Source of the DNA: Methyloversatilis sp.
Lineage (GTDB): Bacteria; Pseudomonadota; Gammaproteobacteria; Burkholderiales; Rhodocyclaceae
Assembly: GCA_041639545.1 (NCBI GenBank)
Contig: JBEQBZ010000005.1
Coordinates: 98,015 to 162,014, forward strand
DNA: 64,000 bases
Direction of reading: 5' to 3'
Part shown: positions 1 through 9,209 of the stretch, piece after piece
Layout of the letters: every line of letters starts with the position of its first letter
Position numbering within the stretch: the first letter of the stretch is position 1
Notes under the pieces: generated by a model
Database searches by the model: none
Told to the model about the DNA's origin: nothing
Seen by the model: the letters and a program-made list of their open reading frames with translations, nothing else
Program-made: the position numbers and the translations under genes

Positions 1-3000
1 GTCCTGCCGGCTCCAGCGCGCGAGCAGCAGCGCCCATGCGGCGAGCAGCACCATGTACAGCGTGCAGCCGCTGGCCCGGGCAAGTGCGCGCAGACGGGTG
101 GTGAGTGCAGCGTCAAGCGCGCACTCGAAGCTGGCGCCGGCGTAATCCGGCTGTGCCGGCCGCGGCCGGTCAGTCGGCAGGTCGAGCACCGGCAGGTCGG
201 CCAGCGCGCTGCGCCAGTAGTTCAGCAGCTGTGCGCCGCGCGGTCCGGCGAGCCGGACCTGCAAGCGTGCCGCGTGGTCGGCGCAGGTAAGCCGCAGCGG
301 TGGCAGCTGTGCAGGCCTGCCGTCCCGTTCGGCGTCATGCAGCGCGGACAGGTCCCGTCGCAGCACGCTCTGCGACCAGCCGTCGGACACCAGGTGATGC
401 ACCACCCACTGCAGCACGGTGCGGCCGTCCGCGTCGGTCCATAGCGCGGCCCGTGCCAGCGGTGGCCGGTCGAGCGTGAAGGCGCGCTCTGCGTGCGCAT
501 CTGCGTCGTCCGGTGAAATCCGCTCCAGCGGGCAGTGCGCCTGGGCGTCGATGCGCTGCACCGGTTCGCCGTCGATGGCGATGAAGCCGGTGCGCAGCGA
601 CGGGTGGCGGGCGACCAGTGCGTCGAGTGCGCGCTGCAGCGCATTCGCGTCCCAGCCTTCGGGCAGACGCCAGCGCTCGACGATGTGGTACAGCCCGGGG
701 TGTTCGCTCCAGCGTTCGATGAACCAGAGCGCGGCCTGGGCCGGTGTGCATGGCGCCTGTCCGGCAGCGGAGACGACGGCGACCGGGGCCGGCGTTTCCG
801 CCGGCAGCGCCTGGCGCAGCGACTGCAGGCGTGGCGCCAGTTCGGCCGGGGTGGGGGCTTCGAACAGCGTACTCAGCGGCAGGTCGATGCTGAACAGACG
901 GCCGATGCGGCTGGCCAGCCGTACGGCCAGCAGCGAGTGGCCGCCCAGTTCGAAGAAGTGGTCGTGCGGCCCCGCCTGCGGCAGCGCCAGCACGTCCGCC
1001 CACAGTTCGCACAGCATCGCCTCGACCGGGGTGCGTGAACCGGTTGCCGCGTCCTGGCCTGCCGCGAAGTCGGGCGCCGGCAGTGCGTCGCGGTCCAGCT
1101 TGCCGTGCGGCGTGCGCGGCATCCGGTCCAGTGCCAGCAGCGCCGACGGCAGCATGTGGGCCGGCAGCATGCGGGTCAGCGACTGTCGGAGTGCAGCGGT
1201 GTCCGGCCGGCCGTCACGGCCGCGCACATAGGCCACCAGACGCGGGTCACCCGGCCGGTCCTCGCGCAGCACCACCACGGCTTCGGCGACCGACGGGTCT
1301 GTGGTCAGCGCCGCCTCGATCTCGCCCGGTTCGATGCGGAAACCGCGCAGCTTGATCTGGTGGTCTGTCCGCTGCAGGAACAGCAGGCTGCCATCGGCGC
1401 GCCGGCATACCCGGTCGCCGGTGCGGTACAGCCGTGCCCCCGGGTCGGATGAGAACGGATCGGCGACGAAGCGCTCCGCGCTCAGTTCGGGCCGACCGAG
1501 GTAGGCACGCGCCAGACCGATGCCGCCAAGGTAAAGCTCGCCGGCGATGCCGATCGGCATCGGCTGCATGCACGCATCCAGCACATGGGCGCGCATGTTG
1601 GCAATCGGGTGGCCGATCGGTATGTCGTCGTCGTCGCGGCTGCAGCTCCACCAGGTGGCGTCGATCGCCGCTTCGGTCGGCCCGTACAGATTGTGCAGCC
1701 GGGCGCCCGATCCGGCGAGGAAGCGGCGCACCAGATCCGGCGCCAGCGTCTCGCCGCCGCAGAACATCTGGCGCAGCGACGGTGCGCCGGTGAAGTCGTG
1801 TTCCTCGACCAGCGCGCGCAGCAGCGAGGGTACGGTCTGCATCACCGTGATGCGGTCACGTTCGATCTGCCGCACCAGCAGCGCCGGCTCGCGCGGAATG
1901 CCTTCGTCGGCCAGCACCAGCTGAGCACCGCACAGCAGCGGTGCCAGCAGTTCCCACACCGAGGCGTCGGCGGAGATGCCGGTCTTCAGCAGGATGCGGT
2001 CATCGGCGCTGAAGCCGAATTCCGCACGCATCCAGTGCATGTGATTGCAGATCGCCGCGTGGCTCACCATGACGCCTTTGGGGCGGCCGGTCGAGCCCGA
2101 GGTGTAGATGACGTAGGCCAGATGGTCGGGGCCGGCCAGCGGTGTCAGACCCTGTTCCGCCTCGTCGCCCGAAGTGGCTGCATCATCCACGCACAGCACG
2201 ATGCAATCGCCCGCATCCAGGTCATCCTTCAGCGCGCGCTGCGTGAGCAGCACAGGCGCCGCCGCATCGTCGCGCATGAACTGCGCGCGGGCCGCCGGAA
2301 AGTCCGGATCAATGGGCAGCCAGGCGCCGCCGGCCTTCAGCGTGGCCAGTATCGCCACCACCAGGTCGACACTGCGCTGCATGCGCACCGCGACCACGAC
2401 GTCCGGACCCACACCGAGCGCGCGCAGTCGGTGAGCGAGGCGGTTGGCGCGGCGGTTGAGTGCGTCGTAGCGGAGGGTGGAGCCGGCGTGCACGAGCGCG
2501 GTGGCGTCGGGCGAACGCGCGACCTGCTGTTCGAACAGCGACACCAGGGTGTCGGCCGGATTGCGGGGCACGGCGGTGTCGTTCCAGCGCTCGACGATGA
2601 GTGCGCGCTCGGCGTCGGTGAGCAGGGGCAGGGTGGCGAGGGTTCTGTCCTGATGGCGTGCGAATGCGCGCAGCAGGGTGGCGTAGTGGCCGGCCATGCG
2701 TTCGATGGTGCCCGGCTCGAACAGCGCGCTGGCGTACTCGAACACGCCGTCGAGTGCGCCGTCGCGTTCGCTCAGATCCAGCATCAGATCGAATTTCGCG
2801 TGGACCTGGGGTGTGCCTTCGGCCGACACCTTCAGTCCGGACAGCGCGAGCGTGTCCGCCGGCGCGTTCTGCAGCGCGAACATGACCTGGAAGAGCGGAT
2901 TGCGTGCGGGGTCGCGCACCGGTCGCAGCGCCTCGACCAGCTTCTCGAACGGCATGTCGGCGTGGTCGAAGGCGGCGAGTGAGGCGGTGCGGACGCGTTC

Positions 3001-6000
3001 GAGCAGCTGGGGCACGGACAGATCGGGCGCGATGTCGGTGCGCAGCACCAGGGTGTTGGCGAAGAAGCCGATGAGGCTGTCGAGACTGGAGTGGCTGCGC
3101 CCGGCGACCGGGGTGCCGACGACGACATCACGCTGTGCGCAGTAGCGCGCGAGCAGGAGCTGGAATGCGGCGAGCAGCACCATGTAGAGGGTGCAGCCGT
3201 GCTGTCGGGCGAGGGCGTGCAGATCGCGGGTGAGGGCGGCATCGACGGCGATCGGCAGGCGTGCGCCGCGGTGGTCGGCGCGGGCCGGACGCGGGTGATC
3301 GGTGGGCAGCGCCAGCGTGGGCAGATCGTCGAGTTCGCGCCGCCAGAAGTCGAGCAGTCGGTCGAAGGCGGGCCCGGTCAGGGCCTGTCGCTGCCAGAGC
3401 GCGAAGTCGGGGTACTGCAGGGGCAGTTCGGGCAGCGCGGAGGGGCGGTGTTGCAGGGCATCGGCGTAGAGCCGGGCCAGTTCGCTGTTGAGTACGGACA
3501 CCGACCAGCCATCGGACACGATGTGGTGGATGACGATCTGCAGCGTGTGGCGTTCGGGCGCGGAGGAGGCCGTGGCGGAGCTGAGTGCGACGCGCAGCAG
3601 CGGTGGCTGAGCGAGGTCGAAGGGTCGGTGGGCGTGTTCGTCGAGCCCTTCGTGCGGGATGAACTCGATGGGGCAGTGCGCGCTGGAGAGCAGGCGCTGG
3701 CGGGGTTCGCCGTCGCGCTCGATGAAGCCGGTGCGCAGCGCTTCGTGGCGGGCGACCAGTGCGTCGAGCGCGGACTGCAGTGCGGCGGTGTCCAGCGCGC
3801 CTTCGAGCTGCCAGCGGCTCACCACATGGTAGAGGCCGGCGCTGACGCCCCACTGCTCCATGAACCAGAGGCGGCTCTGCGTGAAGGCGCAGGGCAGTTC
3901 GTCATCGTGCGCGATGCGCCGGGGCGCCGCTGCCTGCGGCAGACCTTCTCCGCGCAGCGACTGCAGCAGCGCGTCCATCGCGCTGACGGTGGGCGCGTCG
4001 AACACGGCGCGCAGCGGCAACGGGATGCCGAACAGCTGACGGATGCGGCTGGCCAGCCGGGCGGCGAGCAGTGAGTGCCCGCCCAGTTCGAAGAAATGGT
4101 CGTCCGCGCCGACCGCAGGCAGTTCGAGCACGTCGGCCCACAGTTCGGCCAGCGCCTGCTGCCGGGGGCTGCGCGCGGCGGAGCGGTTTTCGCCGGCCAG
4201 GTCCTGGGCCGGTCTGGGCAGCGCGTCGCGGTCAATCTTGCCATTCAGCGTCAGCGGCAGCTGGGCCAGCAGCACGACGCGGGAGGGCAGCATGTAGTCG
4301 GGCAGGGTGCGCGCCAGCGTGCTGCGCAGCGCGGCCGCTTCCAGTCCGTCGCCGGCGACCCAGGCGATCAGCCGGCCGTCGGCGCCCGGCATGATCGCCG
4401 CCTGACGTACGCCGGGCAGCGCGTCGAGTGCGGCTTCGATTTCGCCCGGCTCGATGCGGAAACCGCGCAGCTTGATCTGCCTGTCCTGCCGTCCGGCGAA
4501 AGCCAGACTGCCGTCGGCACGCCAGCGCACGCGATCGCCGGTGCGGTAAAGCCGTACGCCGGGCGCCGTCGACAGGGGGTCGGGCACGAAGCGCTCCGCC
4601 GTCAGTGCCGGCCGCTTCAGATAGCCGCGGGCCAGGCCGGCGCCGCCGATGAACAGTTCGCCTTCCACCCCCACCGGCACCGGCTGGTTTTCCGCATCCA
4701 GCACCCGCACCAGTGCGTTGGCGATCGGCCGGCCTATCGGGGGCGCTTCAGCGGGCGCATCGGTCGGCAGGTCTCCGCTGCCGTTCTGCCAGGTCCACCA
4801 GGTGGTGTCGATGGCCGCTTCGGTCGGCCCGTACAGATTGTGCAGCCGGGCCTGCGTGCGGGCGGCAAAGCGCCGGCCCAGTTCCGCGTCCATCGCCTCG
4901 CCGCCGCAGAACACATGGCGCAGCGTGCCGCAGAGCGGGAAATCGGTTTCATCGACCAGCAGATGCAGCATGGCCGGCGTCACGTCCCACAGCGTGACGC
5001 CGTGAGCGCGGGTGAGCGTGATCAGGGCAGTGCCGTCGGCCCGGCGTGCGGCGTCGACCAGCACGCAGCGGCCGCCGTGCAGCAGCGGCGCGAACAGCTG
5101 GCCGACCGACACGTCGAAGCCGGGCGAAGCCTGGGTGAGCATGGCGTCGTCCGCACCCAGGCCGAAGGTGCTGCCCAGCCACAGCATGCGGTTGCACAGC
5201 GCGCCGTGCTCCAGCAGCACGCCTTTGGGTTCGCCGGTCGAGCCGGAGGTGTAGAGCACGCAGGCGGCGCTGCCGCCGTCGATGTCCGGGCGCGGGTCGC
5301 TTTCCGGTTCGCCGGCCAGTGCGGCATCGTCCGGCCGCAGCGTGAGCCGCTCACTGTCCTCATGTGTCTGCTGCGCGATGCACAGCACCGCTTCCGCGTC
5401 GTCCAGCATCCAGCGCACGCGGGCGTCAGGCAGCGCGATGTCCAGCGGCAGGCAGGTGGCGCCGGCCTTCATGATGCCGATCAGCGCGACCGCCCAGTCC
5501 GGCGAGGTGTCGAGCTGTACGCCGACCACCGCGCCCGGGCGCACGCCGAGTGCATGCAGGCGGTGGGCGAGGCGGTTGGCGCGGCGGTTGAGTGCGTCGT
5601 AGCGGAGGGTGGAGCCGGCGTGCACGAGCGCGGTGGCGTGGGGCGAACGCGCGACCTGCTGTTCGAACAGCGACACCAGGGTGTCGGCCGGATTGCGGGG
5701 CACGGCGGTGTCGTTCCAGCGCTCGACGATGAGTGCGCGCTCGGCGTCGGTGAGCAGGGGCAGGGTGGCGAGGGTTCTGTCCTGATGGCGTGCGAATGCG
5801 CGCAGCAGGGTGGCGTAGTGGCCGGCCATGCGTTCGATGGTGCCCGGCTCGAACAGCGCGCTGGCGTACTCGAACACGCCGTCGAGTGCGCCGTCGCGTT
5901 CGCTCAGATCCAGCATCAGATCGAATTTCGCGTGGACCTGGGGTGTGCCTTCGGCCGACACCTTCAGTCCGGACAGCGCGAGCGTGTCCGCCGGCGCGTT

Positions 6001-7173
6001 CTGCAGCGCGAACATGACCTGGAAGAGCGGATTGCGTGCGGGGTCGCGCACCGGTCGCAGCGCCTCGACCAGCTTCTCGAACGGCATGTCGGCGTGGTCG
6101 AAGGCGGCGAGTGAGGCGGTGCGGACGCGTTCGAGCAGCTGGGGCACGGACAGATCGGGCGCGATGTCGGTGCGCAGCACCAGGGTGTTGGCGAAGAAGC
6201 CGATGAGGCTGTCGAGACTGGAGTGGCTGCGCCCGGCGACCGGGGTGCCGACGACGACATCACGCTGTGCGCAGTAGCGCGCGAGCAGGAGCTGGAATGC
6301 GGCGAGCAGCACCATGTAGAGGGTGCAGCCGTGCTGTCGGGCGAGGGCGTGCAGATCGCGGGTGAGGGCGGCATCGACGGCGATCGGCAGGCGTGCGCCG
6401 CGGTGGTCGGCGCGGGCCGGACGCGGGTGATCGGTGGGCAGCGCCAGCGTGGGCAGATCGTCGAGTTCGCGCCGCCAGAAGTCGAGCAGTCGGTCGAAGG
6501 CGGGCCCGGTCAGGGCCTGTCGCTGCCAGAGCGCGAAGTCGGGGTACTGCAGGGGCAGTTCGGGCAGCGCGGAGGGGCGGTGTTGCAGGGCATCGGCGTA
6601 GAGCCGGGCCAGTTCGCTGTTGAGTACGGACACCGACCAGCCATCGGACACGATGTGGTGGATGACGATCTGCAGCGTGTGGCGTTCGGGCGCGGAGGAG
6701 GCCGTGGCGGAGCTGAGTGCGACGCGCAGCAGCGGTGGCTGAGCGAGGTCGAAAGGTCGGTGGGCGTGTTCGTCGAGCCCTTCGTGCGGGATGAACTCGA
6801 TGGGGCAGTGCGCGCTGGAGAGCAGGCGCTGGCGGGGTTCGCCGTCGCGCTCGATGAAGCCGGTGCGCAGGGCTTCGTGGCGGGCGACCAGTGCGTCGAG
6901 CGCGGACTGCAGTGCGGCGGTGTCCAGCGCGCCTTCGAGCTGCCAGCGGCGCACTGCGTGATGCAGCGTCCCGGTTTCCGGCCACTGCTCCAGCAGCCAC
7001 ATGCGGGTCTGGGTGTAACTGGCCGGGAACAGCTGTTCGTGCCGGCCATCGTCCAGCCTCTGGTCGGGTGTGCGGGCCTGCGCCCCAGGGCCTGCACGCA
7101 GCGTGTCCGGTCGCGTACGCGCGCGCAGTGCTTCGAGCTGGCGGGGGCTGAGCTGCCCGGAGCGGCCGGTCAT
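1..7173 (-). CDS. Non-ribosomal peptide synthetase, C-A-T-C-A-T-C..., 3' end outside the window
   Basis: Manual minus-strand translation from ATG 7173 (AGGAGG RBS at 7181-7186) is in the same frame at position 1. C-domain motifs HHIVSDG (twice) and HHLVSDG; A-domain cores YTSGSTGxPKG, NLYGPTE, LYRTGD, QIKLRGFRIEPGEIE; T-domain FFELGGHSL (twice). Missing from the ORF track because there is no stop codon in the window. Confidence 0.96.
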   Translation of the reverse strand, partial: MTGRSGQLSPRQLEALRARTRPDTLRAGPGAQARTPDQRLDDGRHEQLFPASYTQTRMWLLEQWPETGTLHHAVRRWQLEGALDTAALQSALDALVARHEALRTGFIERDGEPRQRLLSSAHCPIEFIPHEGLDEHAHRPFDLAQPPLLRVALSSATASSAPERHTLQIVIHHIVSDGWSVSVLNSELARLYADALQHRPSALPELPLQYPDFALWQRQALTGPAFDRLLDFWRRELDDLPTLALPTDHPRPARADHRGARLPIAVDAALTRDLHALARQHGCTLYMVLLAAFQLLLARYCAQRDVVVGTPVAGRSHSSLDSLIGFFANTLVLRTDIAPDLSVPQLLERVRTASLAAFDHADMPFEKLVEALRPVRDPARNPLFQVMFALQNAPADTLALSGLKVSAEGTPQVHAKFDLMLDLSERDGALDGVFEYASALFEPGTIERMAGHYATLLRAFARHQDRTLATLPLLTDAERALIVERWNDTAVPRNPADTLVSLFEQQVARSPHATALVHAGSTLRYDALNRRANRLAHRLHALGVRPGAVVGVQLDTSPDWAVALIGIMKAGATCLPLDIALPDARVRWMLDDAEAVLCIAQQTHEDSERLTLRPDDAALAGEPESDPRPDIDGGSAACVLYTSGSTGEPKGVLLEHGALCNRMLWLGSTFGLGADDAMLTQASPGFDVSVGQLFAPLLHGGRCVLVDAARRADGTALITLTRAHGVTLWDVTPAMLHLLVDETDFPLCGTLRHVFCGGEAMDAELGRRFAARTQARLHNLYGPTEAAIDTTWWTWQNGSGDLPTDAPAEAPPIGRPIANALVRVLDAENQPVPVGVEGELFIGGAGLARGYLKRPALTAERFVPDPLSTAPGVRLYRTGDRVRWRADGSLAFAGRQDRQIKLRGFRIEPGEIEAALDALPGVRQAAIMPGADGRLIAWVAGDGLEAAALRSTLARTLPDYMLPSRVVLLAQLPLTLNGKIDRDALPRPAQDLAGENRSAARSPRQQALAELWADVLELPAVGADDHFFELGGHSLLAARLASRIRQLFGIPLPLRAVFDAPTVSAMDALLQSLRGEGLPQAAAPRRIAHDDELPCAFTQSRLWFMEQWGVSAGLYHVVSRWQLEGALDTAALQSALDALVARHEALRTGFIERDGEPRQRLLSSAHCPIEFIPHEGLDEHAHRPFDLAQPPLLRVALSSATASSAPERHTLQIVIHHIVSDGWSVSVLNSELARLYADALQHRPSALPELPLQYPDFALWQRQALTGPAFDRLLDFWRRELDDLPTLALPTDHPRPARADHRGARLPIAVDAALTRDLHALARQHGCTLYMVLLAAFQLLLARYCAQRDVVVGTPVAGRSHSSLDSLIGFFANTLVLRTDIAPDLSVPQLLERVRTASLAAFDHADMPFEKLVEALRPVRDPARNPLFQVMFALQNAPADTLALSGLKVSAEGTPQVHAKFDLMLDLSERDGALDGVFEYASALFEPGTIERMAGHYATLLRAFARHQDRTLATLPLLTDAERALIVERWNDTAVPRNPADTLVSLFEQQVARSPDATALVHAGSTLRYDALNRRANRLAHRLRALGVGPDVVVAVRMQRSVDLVVAILATLKAGGAWLPIDPDFPAARAQFMRDDAAAPVLLTQRALKDDLDAGDCIVLCVDDAATSGDEAEQGLTPLAGPDHLAYVIYTSGSTGRPKGVMVSHAAICNHMHWMRAEFGFSADDRILLKTGISADASVWELLAPLLCGAQLVLADEGIPREPALLVRQIERDRITVMQTVPSLLRALVEEHDFTGAPSLRQMFCGGETLAPDLVRRFLAGSGARLHNLYGPTEAAIDATWWSCSRDDDDIPIGHPIANMRAHVLDACMQPMPIGIAGELYLGGIGLARAYLGRPELSAERFVADPFSSDPGARLYRTGDRVCRRADGSLLFLQRTDHQIKLRGFRIEPGEIEAALTTDPSVAEAVVVLREDRPGDPRLVAYVRGRDGRPDTAALRQSLTRMLPAHMLPSALLALDRMPRTPHGKLDRDALPAPDFAAGQDAATGSRTPVEAMLCELWADVLALPQAGPHDHFFELGGHSLLAVRLASRIGRLFSIDLPLSTLFEAPTPAELAPRLQSLRQALPAETPAPVAVVSAAGQAPCTPAQAALWFIERWSEHPGLYHIVERWRLPEGWDANALQRALDALVARHPSLRTGFIAIDGEPVQRIDAQAHCPLERISPDDADAHAERAFTLDRPPLARAALWTDADGRTVLQWVVHHLVSDGWSQSVLRRDLSALHDAERDGRPAQLPPLRLTCADHAARLQVRLAGPRGAQLLNYWRSALADLPVLDLPTDRPRPAQPDYAGASFECALDAALTTRLRALARASGCTLYMVLLAAWALLLARWSRQD
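2435..3818. repeat. Direct repeat, copy in module 2 (C2 domain plus N-terminus of A2), about 1384 bp
   Basis: Matches 5567-6950 at offset 3132; I found only 3 mismatches by eye. Shadow ORFs are duplicated at the same offset (2658/5790, 2696/5828, 2832/5964). Confidence 0.95.
5567..6950. repeat. Direct repeat, copy in module 1 (C1 domain plus N-terminus of A1)
   Basis: Near-identical to 2435-3818. Confidence 0.95.
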
Positions 7174-7185
7174 CGGGCTGCCTCC

Positions 7186-8997
7186 TCAGGCGGCGTTGGC
7201 GTTGCCGTCCGCGGCGCCGATCAGCGCTTCCAGTTCGGCCACCAGCGCGCCGCCCATCTGTTCGCGCAGCGCCCGCGCCAGTTCGGCGATGGTCGGGTGG
7301 CGGAACAGCAGCGTGGTCGGCAGATCGACCGGCAGCAGTTCGGTGACCCGGGCCACCACCCGCACCGCCTTCAGCGAATCGCCGCCGAGCGCGAAGAAGT
7401 TGTCGTGGATCCCGGGGGATACGCTGTCCAGCACCGCTTCCCAGGCCTGGGCCAGCACCCGCTCGACCACGTCGCGCGGCATTTCACGCGGCGAGCGGCG
7501 GGCGGACGCGAGGCGCTCGGCCATGCCGATGCGCTGCATCTTGCCGGTCGCACCCTTCGGGATTTCATCGACCAGCAGCAGTTCGCTGGGCACCTTGAAG
7601 TCGGCCAGCAAGGTGAACAGATGGGCGCGTAGCCCGGCGGCGTCGGTCAGCGCGTGCGGGCGCAGCACCACCGCCGCTGCCACGTCCTCGCCCAGCGTGG
7701 CGTGCGGCACCGCGAAGGCGAGCGCCTGCGCGACATCCGGGTGGCCGAGCAGCACCTCGTCGATTTCGCGCGGCGTGATCTTCTCGCCGCCGCGGTTGAT
7801 CATTTCCTTGAGCCGGCCGGTGATGAACAGATAGCCGTCGGCGTCGAAATAGCCTTCGTCGCCGGTGCGGAACCAGTTGCCGCTGAAAGCGCTGCGGTTC
7901 GCGTCCGGATTGGCGTGGTAGCCGTGCATCACATTGGGCCCGCGGATCGCGATCTCGCCGCGCACGCCGGCATCCAGTTCGGCGCCGGCAGGGTCGAGGA
8001 TGGTCATGTCCGGCCCGGCCGGGCGGCCAACCGAACCCGGCTTGCGTGGCTGCGGCGGCAGCGGGTTGCTGGCCATCTGGTGCGCCGCTTCGGTCATGCC
8101 ATAGGCTTCGACCACCGGGCAGCCGAAGTGCGCTTCGAGCGCGGACAGCGTGGCCGGGGCCAGCGCGGCGGAAGACGAACGGATGAAGCGCAGCGGCCGG
8201 GCCGGCCGGCGCTCGCCGGCGGCGGCCAGCACCGCCTGGTGCATGGTGGGCACCGCGGTGTACCAGGTGGCGCCGCAGGCATCCATCCAGTCGAAAAAGG
8301 CCGGCAGCTGCAGGCCGGGCGCGCACACGGTACGGCCACCGGCGGCCAGCGGGGCCAGCAGGCCGGCCACCAGCCCGTGTATGTGGAACAGCGGCATCGC
8401 GTTCAGCGCGCAGTCGTCCGCGCCCAGCGCCAGCGATGCGGCCACGTGCTTCATCGACGCGGCGAGATTGGCCTGACTGAGCGGCACCTGCTTCGGGCGC
8501 GAGGTGGTGCCCGAGGTGTGCAGCACCAGCGCGATGTCGTCCGGCGATGCGTCGTCGGCGAATGCGGCGCTGTCGTCCGCACACAGGCCGGTATCGACCT
8601 CGATCAGCGGCAGGCCGCGCGCCTGCGCCACTTCGCGGGCCAGTGCCGGGCTGTCCGGCGTCACCACGATGGCGCGCACCGCCAGATCGTCGATGTAGAA
8701 GTCGAATTCGCTGCGCGGGTATTGCGGGTTGAGCGGCGCGCAGGCGGCCGCCGACAGCGTGCCCAGCACCGCCAGTGCCATGTCCGGCCCGTTCGGCGCG
8801 ATCACCGCGACCCGGTCTTCGCGCGCAATGCCCAGTGCCCGCAGGCGGGCAGCGACCGCACGCATGCCGGCGGCCAGGCCGGCGCGCGTGACGGTGCGGC
8901 CATCGGCAGCGAGCAGCGCGGCCTGCCGGCCATCGCTGTCGGCATGGGTGCGGAGCAGGGCGGTGACCGTGGGTGCGACGGGTGAGGCGAAGGACAT
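7186..8997 (-). CDS. Oxalate--CoA ligase-like (AAE3/Pcs60-type) adenylation domain fused to a C-terminal carrier (T) domain; probable NRPS loading unit
   Basis: Motifs LHTSGTTSRPK, LFHIHGL, TWYTAVPTMHQ, LRFIRSSS, EAYGMTEAAHQMASNPLP, KPGSVG, GKMQR resemble oxalyl-CoA synthetases; C-terminal DNFFALGGDSL phosphopantetheine motif. Start placed at ATG 8997 (purine-rich RBS) rather than 9075. Stop overlaps the NRPS RBS. Confidence 0.88.
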   Translation of the reverse strand: MSFASPVAPTVTALLRTHADSDGRQAALLAADGRTVTRAGLAAGMRAVAARLRALGIAREDRVAVIAPNGPDMALAVLGTLSAAACAPLNPQYPRSEFDFYIDDLAVRAIVVTPDSPALAREVAQARGLPLIEVDTGLCADDSAAFADDASPDDIALVLHTSGTTSRPKQVPLSQANLAASMKHVAASLALGADDCALNAMPLFHIHGLVAGLLAPLAAGGRTVCAPGLQLPAFFDWMDACGATWYTAVPTMHQAVLAAAGERRPARPLRFIRSSSAALAPATLSALEAHFGCPVVEAYGMTEAAHQMASNPLPPQPRKPGSVGRPAGPDMTILDPAGAELDAGVRGEIAIRGPNVMHGYHANPDANRSAFSGNWFRTGDEGYFDADGYLFITGRLKEMINRGGEKITPREIDEVLLGHPDVAQALAFAVPHATLGEDVAAAVVLRPHALTDAAGLRAHLFTLLADFKVPSELLLVDEIPKGATGKMQRIGMAERLASARRSPREMPRDVVERVLAQAWEAVLDSVSPGIHDNFFALGGDSLKAVRVVARVTELLPVDLPTTLLFRHPTIAELARALREQMGGALVAELEALIGAADGNANAA

Positions 8998-9209
8998 TGC
9001 GGCCTTTCTTTTTCTGGAGCGCTTCAGGTGGAGAACAGCGGCCTCCCCAGGCGCGCCGGCTTCAACCTGCATCATAGGGGGGCGGCCGGTTACGCCCTGT
9101 TAAATTTGCGGCCGCCAGACGCCATCTCGCCATCCGGCGTGAGCTATTGCGCGGATAGTCGCGCCATCAGGTACCCTCGCCGGCCTGTTGTCCCGCTTTT
9201 TTCCTGTCC

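Noticed and set aside
2435-6950. The 1.38-kb direct repeat as IS copies or a mobile-element boundary
   Set aside because: Both copies are in-frame NRPS C-domain sequence; no transposase, terminal inverted repeats or target duplications.
105-7834. Many long ORF-track entries over the NRPS (e.g. 1585-2982, 4075-6114, 6223-7632)
   Set aside because: Antisense or off-frame shadows of a GC-rich gene; the real frame is the unlisted minus-strand NRPS.
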